A stretch of 35,401 nucleotides of DNA from a virus. Lineage: Duplodnaviria; Caudoviricetes. Made by a program: the position numbers and the translations under genes. This document shows positions 32,786 to 35,401 of this stretch, piece by piece; position 1 is the first letter of the stretch, and the number at the start of each line of letters is the position of its first letter. The notes under the pieces are model-generated. The model was given only the letters and a program-made list of their open reading frames with translations, was not told the origin of the DNA and did not search any database. Location of the stretch: IMG/VR virus record IMGVR_UViG_3300012665_000299, positions 1-35,401 of that record. The stretch is one strand, 5' to 3'.

Positions 32786-34592
32786 AGCTTGCTCCTTTCT
32801 TGCTTTCACAGTTTAGCGGCAGTGCCGTTGCCCACTTCGGGCGTATACGCATACAGGACTCAACGAACCGCTGTGCCTCCTCTGCTTTTTCAGTAGGGGC
32901 GATTGCTCCTACTGCGTCATGGACAGTCATCACCACGCGCAGGCGTCGTGCAACCATCAACATCTGTTCCCCGATAATGATACGGGCTAGGGCTTGACAG
33001 ATATTCTCGACAGCCTTCCCGCCATAGATGCGGGTTGGTATAACTGCGCGGCCCTTCTTCTGGTCGTAGACCATCTCGGACTTACCATCGCGCATTATGT
33101 AACGCAGGTTCGGGTATTTAAGGCTCAGCCCATTAGGCAGCTTGATACCGTCCGCTCCGCACACCGTCAGCACACCGTCCAGACCTATCGGTGCTGTCTG
33201 GTTGTTGGCTATAGCCTCCAGTGCCTCCCCAGTCTGACGCCATAGAAGTGGGATCATGGGATAGGTCTCTCTGTATACGCTAATAATACGTTTACATTCA
33301 TCCGCGTGCATATCAAAACCAAAGGTCTTTAGCTGCGCTTGGAACTTAACCGCACCCATCCCATAACCACAGCCAAGGATGGTGGTCTTACCCACGAACC
33401 GCTGGTCATCCGTCACCTCATCGACAGGCACACCGTAGATGGAGCTTGCCATAATCTTATAGACGTCCTCACCTTGGTCAAACGCAGCGACAAGGTCATC
33501 CTGTCCAGCCAGCCAAGCCAAGGTCCGCGCTTCAATCTGGCTGCTATCGCAGTCGATAAAGGTATAACCCTCTGGTGCCAGCATGGCCTTCTTCAATGGC
33601 GACTTGCGCGGTAGGTTCTGAAGATTAACCTTGTCGTCACCACCCCAGCGTCCGGTATGCGCAGCATAATAGCGTAAGGGGACGGGTAATGTCCCTCGGT
33701 CTGCAATCTTAATGAACCGCTCGGTGCGTGTCTCTTCCAACGTAGACTTAACGCCTAGCCGCGCAGCCACAATGGCTTGCACCACGGCGTTCTTATGCTC
33801 CAGTAATGCCTTAAACTCTTCGTCGGTCTTGGCAAAGGCATAGGTCTCTTTGCCTGTAGCGGGACTAATCTTCATCGGCGGCTCGACGCCTAAGCTGCGT
33901 AGCGTCTCGGCCAACTGCGGGTTGGACATCAGGTTCTCTTTAGTGATGAGCGACTTACCCAGTAGGTCATTCTTCATGCGCTTCACCCTGCCCAAGTGTT
34001 CCTCTAGGGCTTGCTTGTTTATGGTCAGCACTGGCTCGGTGAACATACGGATAGTCAGGTCAATCAACCGGAACTCAACCGCCGGAAAGCCCACAGCAAT
34101 ACGCTGGAACAGGTCATAGGTCAGGTCCGCATCATTGCAGCAGTATGTGCCGTAACGAGCCATCTCCTCCGGCGTGAAGTCCACGCGCATCTTACCCAGT
34201 GCGTTGATAACCTCATCGCCCTTCTTACCCAGCCCGTAGCGTTCGGCTGCTTTGGCTAGGCTGTTACCCGCATCAGGCCCATCAATGGCGCGAAGCATGG
34301 AGAGCGTGTCCACAATCCGCTTGGGTCGGATGTCGAAGTGCCAGTTAAGGATAGCCATATCGAACACAGCGTTGTGCGCCACAGCGATAGCGTTGTCCCA
34401 GTCAAACTGGTCAAGCCACACCTTGGTCTTCGCCTTAGTCCCGCTGAACCATTGAGCTTCCCCGGAGTCAACCTTTACTGATACGCCGATAACCTCAAAG
34501 ATTTCATCGCGGATATACTCCTCCGTTGTCACCTTGGACAGCGAGTAGCTTCGGTCGTAGTAGGTCTCGAAGTCGATTGTGATTACGTGCAT
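32775..34592 (-). CDS. polA: Family A DNA polymerase with 3'-5' exonuclease domain
   Basis: Exo motifs DFETY, AHNAVFD, YCCND; polymerase motif A DSSQIEAR, motif B RFVGKTTILGCGYG, motif C VHD. Confidence 0.95.
   Translation of the reverse strand: MHVITIDFETYYDRSYSLSKVTTEEYIRDEIFEVIGVSVKVDSGEAQWFSGTKAKTKVWLDQFDWDNAIAVAHNAVFDMAILNWHFDIRPKRIVDTLSMLRAIDGPDAGNSLAKAAERYGLGKKGDEVINALGKMRVDFTPEEMARYGTYCCNDADLTYDLFQRIAVGFPAVEFRLIDLTIRMFTEPVLTINKQALEEHLGRVKRMKNDLLGKSLITKENLMSNPQLAETLRSLGVEPPMKISPATGKETYAFAKTDEEFKALLEHKNAVVQAIVAARLGVKSTLEETRTERFIKIADRGTLPVPLRYYAAHTGRWGGDDKVNLQNLPRKSPLKKAMLAPEGYTFIDCDSSQIEARTLAWLAGQDDLVAAFDQGEDVYKIMASSIYGVPVDEVTDDQRFVGKTTILGCGYGMGAVKFQAQLKTFGFDMHADECKRIISVYRETYPMIPLLWRQTGEALEAIANNQTAPIGLDGVLTVCGADGIKLPNGLSLKYPNLRYIMRDGKSEMVYDQKKGRAVIPTRIYGGKAVENICQALARIIIGEQMLMVARRLRVVMTVHDAVGAIAPTEKAEEAQRFVESCMRIRPKWATALPLNCESKKGASYGG
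32786..32797 (-). promoter_or_regulatory. RBS motif variant AAGGAGCAAGCT (sRNA target, one G:U)
   Basis: Embedded in the last codons of the polymerase gene; abuts ATG 32785. Confidence 0.7.
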
Positions 34593-34909
34593 GGCGATAC
34601 CTTATATATACCTGCGCGCATTACCCGTTGGTTACGTCCGGAAGGGCCGGTGCGTTTGTCAGGGCCACATGTGATAAAACGCTTGCGTTCCAACGCAGAA
34701 AAACGGGCGGTCACACTTGAGTATGGAAGGTAGGGAAACTTCGCCAGCAAGTCTGCGGCGATACACCCGCTATGCCCTGTCGCTTCGATGGCTTCATGCA
34801 CCATCTTCTCCAGCTTTGTAGTGTCTACACTATGTGCAGCTTCTGCGCTCGTGTCAGGGTCTTCGCTCCGATACAACTCTATCGGGTCAGTTCCATATAT
34901 GTCGGTCAT
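34583..34909 (-). CDS. Winged-helix-like DNA-binding protein
   Basis: DPDTSAEAA...SVTARFSALERKRFI...SGRNQRV pattern; start MTDIYG with AAGGA upstream. Confidence 0.65.
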   Translation of the reverse strand: MTDIYGTDPIELYRSEDPDTSAEAAHSVDTTKLEKMVHEAIEATGHSGCIAADLLAKFPYLPYSSVTARFSALERKRFITCGPDKRTGPSGRNQRVMRAGIYKVSPCT

Positions 34910-34974
34910 TGGTCGCAATCCTTTTTTCCTTCAGCCAATCGGGCTATAATCCAGTCGATGATACGGCGTGTCAT
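34906..34974 (-). CDS. 22-aa mini-ORF MTRRIIDWIIARLAEGKKDCDQ
   Basis: ATGA overlaps at both ends; GGAG upstream. Confidence 0.45.
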   Translation of the reverse strand: MTRRIIDWIIARLAEGKKDCDQ

Positions 34975-35288
34975 GCCGCTTCTCCCATGATAGTTCCCTT
35001 AAGTTTGCGCACGATGTCGCGCACCATATCCCAGTTGTCCTCGTTGGCCACGACAGCCACCCCACCGCTGCGGCGGATGTGTTCAATCTCGCGCACCTGC
35101 AAAGCAGTCAGCTTGCCACCGCCTGCCTTGCACTCAATGGCGAGGAAGTGTCCGTTTACACATGCTATGATATCAGGAACGCCGCTGCGTCCGTAACCGT
35201 GCGTTGCGGGGAAGAAGTAGTAGACCTCCTCTGACTTGAGGATGGACACGACCTTATCCTTGACGACTTTCTCAGGTGTTTTAGCCAT
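34971..35288 (-). CDS. VRR-NUC domain nuclease (probable Holliday junction resolvase)
   Basis: PEKVV, GVPDII, AIECKA and LTALQ...I...GG motifs. Confidence 0.88.
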   Translation of the reverse strand: MAKTPEKVVKDKVVSILKSEEVYYFFPATHGYGRSGVPDIIACVNGHFLAIECKAGGGKLTALQVREIEHIRRSGGVAVVANEDNWDMVRDIVRKLKGTIMGEAA

Positions 35289-35400
35289 TGATTTGCTCCT
35301 TGGCTTCCATGAAGGCTTCGATAAACGCAGGGTATGTCACGGCACTCCCGTCCTTTACCATCATCTTGGGTTCGGGCGGTAAACCCTCATCCTCTGGGGC
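35281..35400 (-). CDS. 3' end of a hypothetical protein (truncated by window edge)
   Basis: Open frame ...APEDEGLPPEPKMMVKDGSAVTYPAFIEAFMEAKEQING*, overlapping the VRR-NUC start. Confidence 0.55.
   Translation of the reverse strand, partial: APEDEGLPPEPKMMVKDGSAVTYPAFIEAFMEAKEQING
35291..35301 (-). promoter_or_regulatory. RBS motif variant AAGGAGCAAAT (sRNA target, one G:U)
   Basis: Embedded in the upstream CDS; 2 nt before ATG 35288. Confidence 0.7.
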
Positions 35401-35401
35401 C

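Noticed and set aside
1-35401. tRNA, rRNA, introns/inteins, alternative genetic code
   Set aside because: Genes are tightly packed with intact standard-code ORFs, no cloverleaf-sized gaps, and the polymerase, helicase and primase have normal lengths.

Overview
This is a 35.4 kb segment of a tailed dsDNA phage, probably podovirus-like, infecting a Gram-negative host that may be an alphaproteobacterium. Two modules converge. The + strand (1-22738) is the late module: a 5'-truncated modular tail fibre, two small accessory genes, a lysis cassette (lipoprotein, two 2-TM proteins, GH19 endolysin, overlapped i-/o-spanins), a 22-aa-repeat fibre-like protein, a second fibre, tail/nozzle genes and four putative internal (ejection) proteins, one with a lytic transglycosylase domain. 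The - strand (22817-35401) is the replication module: VRR-NUC nuclease, family A DNA polymerase, SAM methyltransferase, glycosyltransferase, DUF6378-like protein, Cas4-like exonuclease, HNH-like protein, SNF2 helicase, SSB-like protein, HTH proteins and a primase-helicase. The most striking signal is in the ~80-bp gap between the modules. It appears to encode a ~70-nt minus-strand small RNA with its own promoter and intrinsic terminator. One seed is antisense to a conserved AAGGAGCAAAC(U) ribosome-binding site in front of five replication-module genes. A second 14-nt seed is perfectly antisense to the primase-helicase start region. Its promoter shares a motif and spacing with the promoter upstream of the late ejection-protein genes, suggesting an RNA-based late shut-off of replication genes. 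Family assignments come from motif recognition by eye; no database searches were run.
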